NCBI GenBank assembly: GCA_016280895.1
Contig: JAEEHM010000036.1
Location: 1,367 to 65,366, forward strand
Direction of reading: 5' to 3'
Length of the DNA stretch: 64,000 nucleotides
Source of the DNA: Bacillota bacterium
GTDB lineage: Bacteria; Bacillota_I; Bacilli_A; ML615J-28; CAG-698
The position numbers and the translations under genes were made by a program. The notes below the pieces were generated by a model. The model was not told the DNA's origin, did no database searches, and saw only the letters and a list, made by a program, of their open reading frames with translations. This document shows positions 18,316 through 27,893 of this stretch, piece by piece; position 1 is the first letter of the stretch; the number at the start of each line of letters is the position of its first letter.

Positions 18316-20817
18316 TTATTTTTCATTTATTGTAACTCCACTTGCATTTCCTTTTTCTAAAACGTCAAATAGTGGATTAAATGTATCCCAAGCATTATAA
18401 TTTAGATAAATCTTCAATAAATCAAAATCATTGTAGTCATCGCCATCAGCTGGATCATCTAAAAATACAAGAGTTACTTTAGATGTATATTTTAATACTT
18501 CAACTAAGATATCTTTGTATTTAACATCCTTATAGTTAACAGCTTCATATGTATTACCCTCACCATCAGTATAAGGCTCTGTGTACATATATGTATAGAT
18601 ATCTCCTCTAATGAACATTATTACTTGCGAATCTGCATTTAATTTCTTATAGATACATTTATCACTAGATTCATCTAAATTATCATAGCTAATTTGATAT
18701 CTATTTAAATTCTTATATCCTCTTGAAATATATGATGCGTTACCAATTAATGATGTAACATCACTATCACCAAAGATGACATCAACTTCATTGTTCTTGT
18801 TAATGGCACTAAATTTACCTGTATATGAAATAGTATTATAGCCATTATCGATTGAATTGATATATTTTTGATTATCTTCGTTAGGTCTATATTCATCAAT
18901 TGGATATGTACCCTGGATTAAATTATGTCTTATCTTATATAATAATATCTTTTTAACACTTTCGTTGATATCATTAATATTAATAGTTCCATCATTTACC
19001 TTTTCTTCTAAGGCATTTAAGAAATTGAAAGTTTCTTCATTTCTTGCAATATTACGATAATTACGACGATCAGATGTATTTTCTAAGAAGATATTTAACT
19101 TAAATAAGTTAACTCCTTCTTTAATAGCATTAACATAATAGTCTAATAAGTAATAGAAGTTATTATCATAATCCCATCTTCCTTCATATACCATGTATTC
19201 TTCAGGATTATAATGATTATCAATATCAATAATTAATCCTTTATAGCCACCTTCTCTTAATTGTTGAGAAATAGATTTACCTTTATTCATTGCATATTCA
19301 TTATCAGTAATTGAAATAGAATCAATTCCTTCATTAATAGCACTCTTAATATATAAATTATTCTTATCATTTCCATAAGATAGAATTGGAGATAAGCCTA
19401 AGCCATTATTTTTGAATGAATTATAATAAATACTTGAATATAAAACCTGTTTACTGAATACATTAGAGAACTTTTCTCTAGATGAATTGCTGGAAGCATA
19501 AGCATATGTAGAATATGAATTTACACCAGATGCTGCAAAATCAGATGCATATGTCGCAAAATACTTACTAGCAATACCATAATCATTAATTGTACCAATA
19601 GTTAGATTATTTAGGTATTCATTAAAGCCATCACCTAAGTTTGTTCCACCATCTTGACTAATAACATGCACAATTCCACCAATTTTATTAGTGCTCAAGA
19701 AATTAGTTTGCATTCCAAGAACTAAATTACTAACATTTGAACCATTTAATGAAAGTGATGAATCCACAATTAAATTGCCAAATGGGTATGATTTAATTAA
19801 AGAATTGATATATTGTGCATTAGTAGGGTCATTATTAGCATAATAATAAACACCCTTATCATCCATCTCAATACTATATTGAACAATTCTCCAACCAGTT
19901 TGAATAGTTTGAAGATCTAGCATAAACATTTGGCCTAATTTTTGTTCTAAAGACATCTTACTCAAGAAATCATTGATTTGTGTTTCTTCTTGAGAATTTG
20001 CATCTTCGTATTTGTTTGTTTCTTTCACAATATTAATTTCAAATGTCTTAGATTCAAGCTTCTTATTATTCTTTTGACTAACCTTAATTTTAGCAAGTCC
20101 TTCACTTAAGCCATATAAATAGTTGTTTGTAACTTCAATATTATCACTCAATGCTTCAATTACTGGATTATCAATATTGAAATCTAAGTATAAAACTGAT
20201 GAAACACTAGCTTCATTATCATTATACATTTCAATTTCAGTGATTGCTTTTGTAACATTAATAGTAAATGAAGCACTTGCACTTGAACAAGTAACAGTAA
20301 TAGTAGCACTTCCTTCGTTTAAAGCAGTTATAATAGCACTTCCATCAGCAGGATCAATTGCGACAACATCTTCATTATCGCACTGCCAAATAGCATCAAC
20401 ATCTAAAACTGCATCGCTAGGCTCAGTTAAAATAGTAACAATGAATTGATCTCCCACTTTAACATCTGTTTTTGCGTTACGTAAACTTACACTTTCGACT
20501 ACAGATTCAATGATAGTAACAGTTTTATTAACATAAACGCTTGGATCTTCTTTTAATACAGCTTTAATATTCACAACACCGGTATCAAGTCCATATAATG
20601 TAGAACCTGCACGACCAGCAACCTCTGTATTATCAATAATCCAGTAAAATTCGCTTTCACTTAGAATCTGATCTTCATAATATACCTTATATTCACTACT
20701 AAAACCAACTTCTATTGTATCATTACCCTTAATTTCCATTTTAGCGCTCTCATTTTTGCACCCAAACATAAATAGCACTGCTGATAATAACACAAAAAAT
20801 ACAACTATTTTTTTCAT
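18316..20817 (-). CDS. Surface lipoprotein with Big_2 repeats and a divergent glycoside hydrolase family 3 N-terminal-like domain
   Basis: Lipobox LFMFGC and Big_2 signatures (AIITALNEGSATITVTC). Then LEQKLGQMFML and ISQDGGTNLG, resembling GH3/NagZ motifs (KxGQLFM, DQEGG). I could not find the canonical KHFPGHG or nucleophile motifs. Confidence 0.55.
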   Translation of the reverse strand: MKKIVVFFVLLSAVLFMFGCKNESAKMEIKGNDTIEVGFSSEYKVYYEDQILSESEFYWIIDNTEVAGRAGSTLYGLDTGVVNIKAVLKEDPSVYVNKTVTIIESVVESVSLRNAKTDVKVGDQFIVTILTEPSDAVLDVDAIWQCDNEDVVAIDPADGSAIITALNEGSATITVTCSSASASFTINVTKAITEIEMYNDNEASVSSVLYLDFNIDNPVIEALSDNIEVTNNYLYGLSEGLAKIKVSQKNNKKLESKTFEINIVKETNKYEDANSQEETQINDFLSKMSLEQKLGQMFMLDLQTIQTGWRIVQYSIEMDDKGVYYYANNDPTNAQYINSLIKSYPFGNLIVDSSLSLNGSNVSNLVLGMQTNFLSTNKIGGIVHVISQDGGTNLGDGFNEYLNNLTIGTINDYGIASKYFATYASDFAASGVNSYSTYAYASSNSSREKFSNVFSKQVLYSSIYYNSFKNNGLGLSPILSYGNDKNNLYIKSAINEGIDSISITDNEYAMNKGKSISQQLREGGYKGLIIDIDNHYNPEEYMVYEGRWDYDNNFYYLLDYYVNAIKEGVNLFKLNIFLENTSDRRNYRNIARNEETFNFLNALEEKVNDGTININDINESVKKILLYKIRHNLIQGTYPIDEYRPNEDNQKYINSIDNGYNTISYTGKFSAINKNNEVDVIFGDSDVTSLIGNASYISRGYKNLNRYQISYDNLDESSDKCIYKKLNADSQVIMFIRGDIYTYMYTEPYTDGEGNTYEAVNYKDVKYKDILVEVLKYTSKVTLVFLDDPADGDDYNDFDLLKIYLNYNAWDTFNPLFDVLEKGNASGVTINEK

Positions 20818-20848
20818 ATAGCCTCCACTATTACTAAAAATCTTACAT

Positions 20849-20859
20849 ATTATAACACA
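20849..20859 (-). promoter_or_regulatory. Extended -10 promoter proximal to the 833-aa lipoprotein gene
   Basis: Minus strand TGTGTTATAAT, about 30 nt upstream of the GGAGG SD and ATG. Confidence 0.55.
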
Positions 20860-20886
20860 AATATTTTAAAATAATACTAAAATTTT

Positions 20887-21054
20887 AAAAAAAGTAGTTC
20901 TTTTTCAGAACTACCTTGGACCTTGCATTTAAATATTCATGAAATACACACAAGGAAACATTATGAAATCACAAACATTATTGGATTTTTGTTAAAGAGG
21001 GAATAAGAGTTGTTTGTGTAAAATGCGAGATCCTTCTCCTGTAAGCTTCCTTAC
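20887..21054 (-). ncRNA. Candidate structured RNA of about 165 nt (unclassified sRNA or riboswitch-like leader)
   Basis: Bounded by its own TGTGTTATAAT box (21061-21071) and an intrinsic terminator (GTAGTTCT-ttttc-AGAACTAC plus a U7 run, 20887-20914). A long-range helix GGATCTCGCATTT/AAATGCAAGGTCC encloses a second helix TACACA(AACA)/(TGTT..)TGTGTA. No SD-preceded ORF. Confidence 0.45.
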
Positions 21055-21060
21055 AAATAA

Positions 21061-21071
21061 ATTATAACACA
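21061..21071 (-). promoter_or_regulatory. Extended -10 promoter of the candidate RNA
   Basis: Minus strand TGTGTTATAAT. Confidence 0.5.
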
Positions 21072-21117
21072 TTAAAAATACTTTGTAAATAGTTTTTTCG
21101 CATTTACGAATATTTTT

Positions 21118-21534
21118 TTATTTATTTTTTCTTTTTGCTTTATTATTAATAATGAGAAACGTAATTACTTCGGAAATTAATCCTACAACAAACCTAAAGA
21201 AGTATTTAAAATAATCAATTGAATCAAAAAAGCTTCTAATCATCATAAAAAATACTACAGATGCCGCCATTATTAATATAGAAAAGATGATTAAATACTT
21301 TAAAGAATCAATATTTTCAAATATAACCATCATTAATAATGAACCAAACAAAAAATATACTACAAAATATAATATATATTCAAATAAAATACCTAAAATA
21401 TCGATATTTTTGGCCTCATTAAAGACATATAAAAGCGATGATATTAAATATGAAGGCATTTCCTTAATAAAAGATACTAAAAACAAACAGAAAAACAAAG
21501 AAATTAACACGAAAAAAGCAGCTTTATTTTTCAT
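21118..21534 (-). CDS. Hypothetical small polytopic membrane protein
   Basis: 138-aa ORF with about 4 hydrophobic segments and a basic tail. No recognisable motif. Confidence 0.5.
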   Translation of the reverse strand: MKNKAAFFVLISLFFCLFLVSFIKEMPSYLISSLLYVFNEAKNIDILGILFEYILYFVVYFLFGSLLMMVIFENIDSLKYLIIFSILIMAASVVFFMMIRSFFDSIDYFKYFFRFVVGLISEVITFLIINNKAKRKNK

Positions 21535-21652
21535 ATAATATATCCTTTCTTATTTTTAAATAATAATTCTTGAAAATGGCATGAAAAAAATATCAAAATC
21601 TAATCTAAAAAAATCAGCAATATTTTTCCACATTTTTTTCTTTCATTTTAAA

Positions 21653-21663
21653 ATTATATCACA
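21653..21663 (-). promoter_or_regulatory. Extended -10 promoter of the 138-aa membrane protein gene
   Basis: Minus strand TGTGATATAAT. Confidence 0.5.
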
Positions 21664-22030
21664 AATTTTTTCTTAAATCATCAACTTTTCCCCAAAATTT
21701 AGACCAAACCCGAAATTTCGCGTATTTTCCAAAAAAGTCTTTCAACGAAAACTTAATTGTGAAATCTTTAAAAATGGAAATTTCGCCCAAATTTGCCCTG
21801 TTTTTGATAAAATAAAAAAGACTCGCAAAAATAAAATCATTTTTTTGTATTGATTTTATAAATTTTTAGATGTTTTTAAATTATTTGATTTAACTTAGTC
21901 TTTTTAAAATGTTTTAATATGCAGTTTTTATTTAGATAAATAATCTATTTTTATTCTAAAAAATAATACTAATTTTGTTGTAGAAAAATATAGCATTTTT
22001 AAAACTTTAAATTGAATTAAAAAAGAGGAA

Positions 22031-22624
22031 TTATTCCTCTTTTTCTCTTCTTGCCATCCAATCATTCAAATATCTTTCATATTTTTCTGGATTTGGCTTA
22101 AAATTCATACTCAAATTTATGATATCTTTACGCTTTTTCATTAATTTTTCGTATTCTTCCTTTTGTTTCTGACCTGTATAGTTCATTAAGTAGTCATAAT
22201 TCTCATTTACAGTAATGATGAATAAGCAAATATCATATATTTCTTCTTGTTTTTTAGTGTATTTTGCCTTATTTTCCTCTTGTGCCTTGGCACTTTCTTC
22301 TACTCCTAGCTTTTTAATCTTACTTTTTAGCACAATTTTAATGATAAATACCACTAATGCAGCTAACACAAAGACCGAAGCATAGATAAAAATCGTCCAA
22401 GTGTATAGATATTCTTGCATAAAGATATAAAATGGATACAATAATATCGCAAAAAGAGCTGCAATTGCGATATATGCTTTATCTGCCTTACGCAAATCTT
22501 CCTTGATAAAGTTGATTTCACGATCATTTTCGTTTAATTTTATCTCTAAATCATGAGCCAAGTCTTTTCTTTGATCATCAATTTCCTTTAAATAATTATC
22601 GTATAGGTATTTATATTTAATCAT
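22031..22624 (-). CDS. Hypothetical membrane protein with coiled-coil flanks (2 TM)
   Basis: Start set at MIKYKY (22624), which has GGAGG 5 nt upstream and overlaps the upstream stop (ATGATTAA). Charged helical N and C regions flank two TM helices. Confidence 0.55.
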   Translation of the reverse strand: MIKYKYLYDNYLKEIDDQRKDLAHDLEIKLNENDREINFIKEDLRKADKAYIAIAALFAILLYPFYIFMQEYLYTWTIFIYASVFVLAALVVFIIKIVLKSKIKKLGVEESAKAQEENKAKYTKKQEEIYDICLFIITVNENYDYLMNYTGQKQKEEYEKLMKKRKDIINLSMNFKPNPEKYERYLNDWMARREKEE

Positions 22625-23510
22625 TTGAACCTCCAAAAGCACTATTAATTGCTTCATTAATCTCACTTAGGCAGTTTTTTAGATGATAAATATAGTTGTT
22701 TATAATACCATTTTCGCTTCCAATATTATATCTTAAGCTCAACAAGAAGGATAGAATGATAAAAATCACTACAAGTAGGGCTATAAAGATAATAATATTT
22801 ATAAAAGTCTTCTTTATATTTATGAATTTAATTACAGATAAGCTAAATAATATACTTGGAAGTACTGAAATTACGATAGTAGACGCAAATACAATCTCTT
22901 CTTTAAACAACACCTTCGACAAAAACAATATCAATATCGATATAATAAGACCAATTGATGAAAATAATATTCCAAATTTATATGAGTTATCAACAATCTT
23001 ATCATATGATTTTAATTCTTCCTTTACTTCGTATAAGTTGTTGAATAATTCTTGGTCTTCACTATTATCTTCTAATCTTTTTAAATATTCATCTTTATAA
23101 TCACATTTTTTGATTTGTTTTTTCTTATCTTCTAGACTATAATCTTTATTTTGAATAATTAAATATTCAATAATAAAATCCAAATCGCGCTTATCAGTTA
23201 CATTTTTTAAGGCTTTTCGTCTCATTATGTGTAAAAAGATGTCGTTTTTAGATTCTAATAATGATAAATTATCAATTGCCTGCTTTTTTAATTCTTCATT
23301 ATCATTGATAATTGCAGCCTTAAGCTGATAAATATAATAGCTTTCACTCTGTATTCCTACATCTTGGTTAAACGCAATAGATAAATCAATAGCTTCGCCA
23401 CAATATTTACATCTTACTTCTTCATCTTTCTTAATGTGAACTAAAGAACCACAATGATTACATATAATATTCAATTTTTTTGATGTTAAGTTATATGTTT
23501 TTTCGTTCAT
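22617..23510 (-). CDS. Hypothetical zinc-ribbon membrane protein
   Basis: N-terminal CNHCG...CKYCG zinc ribbon, an approximately 150-aa helical region, and 3 C-terminal TM helices. TGATATAAT box at 23530-23538. Confidence 0.55.
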   Translation of the reverse strand: MNEKTYNLTSKKLNIICNHCGSLVHIKKDEEVRCKYCGEAIDLSIAFNQDVGIQSESYYIYQLKAAIINDNEELKKQAIDNLSLLESKNDIFLHIMRRKALKNVTDKRDLDFIIEYLIIQNKDYSLEDKKKQIKKCDYKDEYLKRLEDNSEDQELFNNLYEVKEELKSYDKIVDNSYKFGILFSSIGLIISILILFLSKVLFKEEIVFASTIVISVLPSILFSLSVIKFINIKKTFINIIIFIALLVVIFIILSFLLSLRYNIGSENGIINNYIYHLKNCLSEINEAINSAFGGSND

Positions 23511-23572
23511 AATACATCCTCACATACTTATTATATCAAAAATAAAATAAAATACTAGATAAAATCTAGTAT

Positions 23573-23854
23573 TTATTTGCTTTTTTTAGATTTATATTTA
23601 GATAAAATCTCTTCATCAGTAGCTTTTACTGTTTTACTTGTCTTCTTATCTTCGATGCTAGCAACAACTACAATTGCGATTAATATCAATAATGCAACTG
23701 CAAATGCGATTAAACCAATGATTTGAAGAGTTTTAACCCATGATGGAGAAACAGCCTTGCTGAATAGTTTTTCACAGATAACGATGATCCATAAAACTAG
23801 ACCAACTGCTCCAAAACATCCACTGATGATATATGGTAATTTATAATTTTTCAT
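23573..23854 (-). CDS. Hypothetical small membrane protein
   Basis: 93 aa with 2 TM helices. Has its own TATGCTATAAT box (23890-23900) and a terminator hairpin ATACTAGAT-aaa-ATCTAGTAT at its stop. Confidence 0.5.
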   Translation of the reverse strand: MKNYKLPYIISGCFGAVGLVLWIIVICEKLFSKAVSPSWVKTLQIIGLIAFAVALLILIAIVVVASIEDKKTSKTVKATDEEILSKYKSKKSK

Positions 23855-23926
23855 ATTTCCTCCTAAGTATTATAACCTCAATTAATAGTATTATAGCATA
23901 ATCCTTTAATTTCTTCAAGTTTTTAT

Positions 23927-26900
23927 TTAAGAAATATTCTCAAAGAATTCGATTGCGTTATTAATCCATGCTTTTCCTTTTACCATTTTTATAATATAAA
24001 CAATGAATCTCTTATTTTTATATTCAAGTGAGAAATCTTTACCCAATTCATATGTTACTCTCATCATTGTTTTTCCATCCATCTTCTCGCTGAATTCTTT
24101 AGAAAACACAATTTTTGCTTTAAAATCATTTTCGGTAATTTCTTCTACCTTACATTTTTCACTTAAATAATCAAAATATTTCTTATTGATATATAAAATA
24201 ATCTCATCATTTAACTTTCCAAACCTATCTGTTAAGATATCGATTACTTCATCTCTTCTTTCTTTTGAATTAATCGAGTCAATAGTTTTGTGGATATATA
24301 TCTTAATATCATCATCACTTACATAAGAATCATCGACATGTTTAGATACCTCAATTGTGTTTGTATATCTAATTTCATCTTCAGTTTTAATTCCTTTAAC
24401 CTCATTAATGCTCTCATTAAGTAGTTTCATATATAAGTCCATACCAATAGCATCGATATAGCCTGATTGTTCATGACCTAAGAAATCACCAGCACCACGA
24501 ATAGCTAAATCACGGGATGCAATCTTAAATCCACTACCAAAACTTGTGAATTCTTTTATTACCTGTAATCTTTGTTTACCTTCATTAGTAAGTATTGTGT
24601 CATGTTTATACATGAAATATGCATATGATACTCTATTCGTTCTACCAACACGTCCTCTTATTTGATACATTTGCGCAAGGCCTAATCTATCAGCATTTTC
24701 AACAATTAATGTGTTGGTATTAGGAATATCAATTCCAGTTTCAATAATTGTTGTACACAACAATACATCATATTCGTGGTCTATGAAGGCCTGCACCGAA
24801 TTTTCCAGTTGAATTTTTGTCATTTGGCCATGTGCCACAATAATTCTTGCTTCAGGAACAAGCTTTCTAAGCTTATTTTTTACTACTTCAATATCTTCAA
24901 CACGATTGTGTAAATAGAATACTTGACCGTCACGACCCAATTCATTATATATAGCTTCTTTAATGATTGCATCGTTTTCTTCTAACACATATGTTTGAAT
25001 TGGATATCTATTAGCAGGAGGCGTTTCCATTAAAGACATTTGTCTGGCACCCATTATTGCCATTTGTAAAGTCCTTGGAATTGGTGTAGCTGTTAAAGTA
25101 AGTACATTTATATTATTTTTGTACTGTTTGATCTTTTCTTTATGGCTTACACCAAATCTTTGTTCCTCATCAACTATTAATAAACCTAAATCTTTATATT
25201 TAATTACATCATTTAATAAAGCATGTGTACCAATTATTACATCAATTTTACCACTTTGTAAATCTGATTCGATTTTTCTTTTATCTTTTGCGCTAATTAA
25301 ACGATTCAATAATGCAACATTTACTCCATACTTTTCCATTCTTTCTTTAAATGTATAGAAATGTTGTCTTGTTAGAATAGTAGTTGGAGCTAAATATGCA
25401 ACTTGTTTTCCGCTCAATACAGTTTTAAACGCAATTCTTATCGCAATTTCTGTCTTACCATAACCGACATCACCACATACTAGACGATCAATTATCTTAC
25501 CTTCTTCCATTTCTTTTTTGATTTCATTGGTAATTTCTATTTGATCGTTTGTTTCATTATATTCAAAATCAGCCTCAAATGCTTCTTGCATTTCATTATC
25601 GCTTAAATATTTGAATCCTTCTTTACTATCCCTATATGCTTGAAGAAGAATTAGATCACGAGCAACATTCAATAATTTCTCTTTGATGCTCTTTTTTTTC
25701 TTTTCCCACTCCTTTGTGCCTACATTTGTAAGTTTAGGAATATATCCTTCTTCTCCCTGATATTTTTCTAGTAAATTAATATTTTCAACAGGTATATATA
25801 AATCAACGTTTGCAAAACGTATCGCAATATAATCATTAACGATATCATTTGTGTTTACAGTCTTAATACCTAAGTATTTACCAATACCATAATCATAATG
25901 AACGACATAATCGCCAATCTTTAAATCATCTTTAGAATTAATTAGCGAAGTTGATTCAGTAGAACGATATTTTACATATTTACTTTTTGATTTCTTATAT
26001 ATATTTGCTTCATCAATTACATATATACCATCAAAGAAAGCATAGCTTATGCTGTTATCACATCTAATCAATCTAATTTTTTCGCTGCTTTCTTCATTTA
26101 GTGAATACTTAATATTATTAGCTTCTAAAACTTCTTTCATTAGATTTAAGTATTCTAGTTTAGAAAAAGTAAGTATATACTTTCCTTCTCTTCTTAAATC
26201 TTCAATTAAAAGTTTAATATTGTTTTGATAATTAATTGCTTCATATGCACCTATATCTAAAGTTTTATCAACTTTTACAATATTCTTCTCACCCTTAGAT
26301 GCAAAATATGATGTTAAAACACATTTATCATAATCAAATAATTTATAGAAATCATGTCCATATGCGATATCGATATCTTTATATTCTTCTTTAGATGAAA
26401 AATAATAATTCAATTCTTCTATCATTTTCGTATAACTTGACTGTAAATTATTTAAATCTTCAAAGATTATCGCTTTATTATCTGTATAATCCAAGATAGA
26501 TTCAGTCTTATCATATAGATAATGAACATATTTCTTTAATCTTTCACTATATGTATAATTCTTTAAATATTCTAAATCCTGATTTATATTATAATTAGTT
26601 GAATTTAATGCTTTTTCTAAATCTTTGATATCTTCATATATCAATTCTGTATATGGCATAATTACAAGATCATTAAGTTTTTCGCCTTTAATTGATATTT
26701 GCTTATCTTTATCAAAGAATTTGATTGCTTCAATGCTTGTATCAAAGAAGTCTAATCTAATAGGTTTGTCATAATTAATTGGATATATATCGATAATCTC
26801 TCCACGAACGCTAAAATCGCCAACTGTGTTAGTAGTTGGCACTTTCTTATATCCAAGCTTAATTAAATGTAGAATTAAGTCTTTTCTTTCAATATCATCA

Positions 26901-27331
26901 CCAAGTTTTAATCTTAGCACAAACTTATCAATAATTTTTCTTGGCATTAATTCTTTTAAGCAAGAATTAACATCACATACAATCAATTTCTTCTTGTTTT
27001 CTAAAATATTGGTAACAGTTTGAAGTCTTTCAAATAGAAATTCTTTATTAACTGCATCAACTTCGGTTGCTACAACTTCGTTAGATACATATAAATTAAC
27101 ATTATCTAGACCTAAGACCTTAACAGCACTGTCATAAAACTTACTTGCTTTATAAACATTGCTGGCAACATAGAACACGAACTCATTATTTTCTTCATAT
27201 AAAAGTGAAGATAATAATACATTGTGATTATCTGTTGTCGATGTTATTTTAATAATATTGTTATTATTTAATTCACTTAATACAGTTTGGATATTTTGAT
27301 TATTCTTAAAAAGACTAAGAATGTTTTTCAT
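23927..27331 (-). CDS. mfd: Transcription-repair coupling factor
   Basis: 1134 aa with the CarD/TRCF RNAP-interacting domain (GDYVVHYDYGIGKY), superfamily 2 helicase motifs (GDVGYGKTE, DEEQRFG, TATPIPRT, QIRGRVGR), and the conserved pth-mfd order. Confidence 0.97.
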   Translation of the reverse strand: MKNILSLFKNNQNIQTVLSELNNNNIIKITSTTDNHNVLLSSLLYEENNEFVFYVASNVYKASKFYDSAVKVLGLDNVNLYVSNEVVATEVDAVNKEFLFERLQTVTNILENKKKLIVCDVNSCLKELMPRKIIDKFVLRLKLGDDIERKDLILHLIKLGYKKVPTTNTVGDFSVRGEIIDIYPINYDKPIRLDFFDTSIEAIKFFDKDKQISIKGEKLNDLVIMPYTELIYEDIKDLEKALNSTNYNINQDLEYLKNYTYSERLKKYVHYLYDKTESILDYTDNKAIIFEDLNNLQSSYTKMIEELNYYFSSKEEYKDIDIAYGHDFYKLFDYDKCVLTSYFASKGEKNIVKVDKTLDIGAYEAINYQNNIKLLIEDLRREGKYILTFSKLEYLNLMKEVLEANNIKYSLNEESSEKIRLIRCDNSISYAFFDGIYVIDEANIYKKSKSKYVKYRSTESTSLINSKDDLKIGDYVVHYDYGIGKYLGIKTVNTNDIVNDYIAIRFANVDLYIPVENINLLEKYQGEEGYIPKLTNVGTKEWEKKKKSIKEKLLNVARDLILLQAYRDSKEGFKYLSDNEMQEAFEADFEYNETNDQIEITNEIKKEMEEGKIIDRLVCGDVGYGKTEIAIRIAFKTVLSGKQVAYLAPTTILTRQHFYTFKERMEKYGVNVALLNRLISAKDKRKIESDLQSGKIDVIIGTHALLNDVIKYKDLGLLIVDEEQRFGVSHKEKIKQYKNNINVLTLTATPIPRTLQMAIMGARQMSLMETPPANRYPIQTYVLEENDAIIKEAIYNELGRDGQVFYLHNRVEDIEVVKNKLRKLVPEARIIVAHGQMTKIQLENSVQAFIDHEYDVLLCTTIIETGIDIPNTNTLIVENADRLGLAQMYQIRGRVGRTNRVSYAYFMYKHDTILTNEGKQRLQVIKEFTSFGSGFKIASRDLAIRGAGDFLGHEQSGYIDAIGMDLYMKLLNESINEVKGIKTEDEIRYTNTIEVSKHVDDSYVSDDDIKIYIHKTIDSINSKERRDEVIDILTDRFGKLNDEIILYINKKYFDYLSEKCKVEEITENDFKAKIVFSKEFSEKMDGKTMMRVTYELGKDFSLEYKNKRFIVYIIKMVKGKAWINNAIEFFENIS

Positions 27332-27332
27332 A

Positions 27333-27893
27333 TCAATTATTATACCTACTCATCAAATTCTCAAATGTGATAGATGTAAAATCATATATCATATCACTTA
27401 TTTTATCTAAGAAGATATCTAAAATAGATAATTCTTCCTTAGTGAATTTGCCTAAAACATAATCAATAGTATATTTTGATTCTACTTTATCGATTCCTAT
27501 TTTTAATCTCTTTATTTCATCAGTAGCAAAATTATCAATAATATTTTGGATTCCTTTATGACCACCACTACTTCCATGTGCTCTAAACCTAATCTTTCCG
27601 ACTTCTAAATCTAGGTCATCATGGATTACTAAGATATCACTTACATCAATATTATAGTAATTGCATACTAATTTAACTGATGTACCACTTAAATTCATAT
27701 ATGTTTGTGGCTTAATTAAGATGACCTTCTCACCATTAATTAAGATATCACATATTTCACATTTAAGTTTTACATCTAATTTAAATTTAGCTTTATAATC
27801 TTTTGCTAATCGATCAATAAAGATAAAACCCGTATTATGACGGGTATTTGCATATTCCTTTCCAGGATTACCTAAGCCAACAATTAGCTTCAT
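27333..27893 (-). CDS. pth: Peptidyl-tRNA hydrolase
   Basis: MKLIVGLGNPG..Y..TRHN.GF. Start is taken at MKLIVG, sharing one nt with the folD stop (TAATG). Confidence 0.95.
   Translation of the reverse strand: MKLIVGLGNPGKEYANTRHNTGFIFIDRLAKDYKAKFKLDVKLKCEICDILINGEKVILIKPQTYMNLSGTSVKLVCNYYNIDVSDILVIHDDLDLEVGKIRFRAHGSSGGHKGIQNIIDNFATDEIKRLKIGIDKVESKYTIDYVLGKFTKEELSILDIFLDKISDMIYDFTSITFENLMSRYNN

Noticed and set aside
20962-20994. 10-codon plus-strand ORF (MKSQTLLDFC) preceded by AAGGAA, considered as a possible leader peptide
   Set aside because: No plus-strand gene lies downstream. It falls inside the minus-strand promoter-to-terminator unit and is most likely chance.
21624-21632. TTTTCCACA DnaA-box-like site, considered as evidence for a replication-related element
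   Set aside because: It is a single isolated 1-mismatch 9-mer in AT-rich DNA, which is expected by chance. It is noted only as context.
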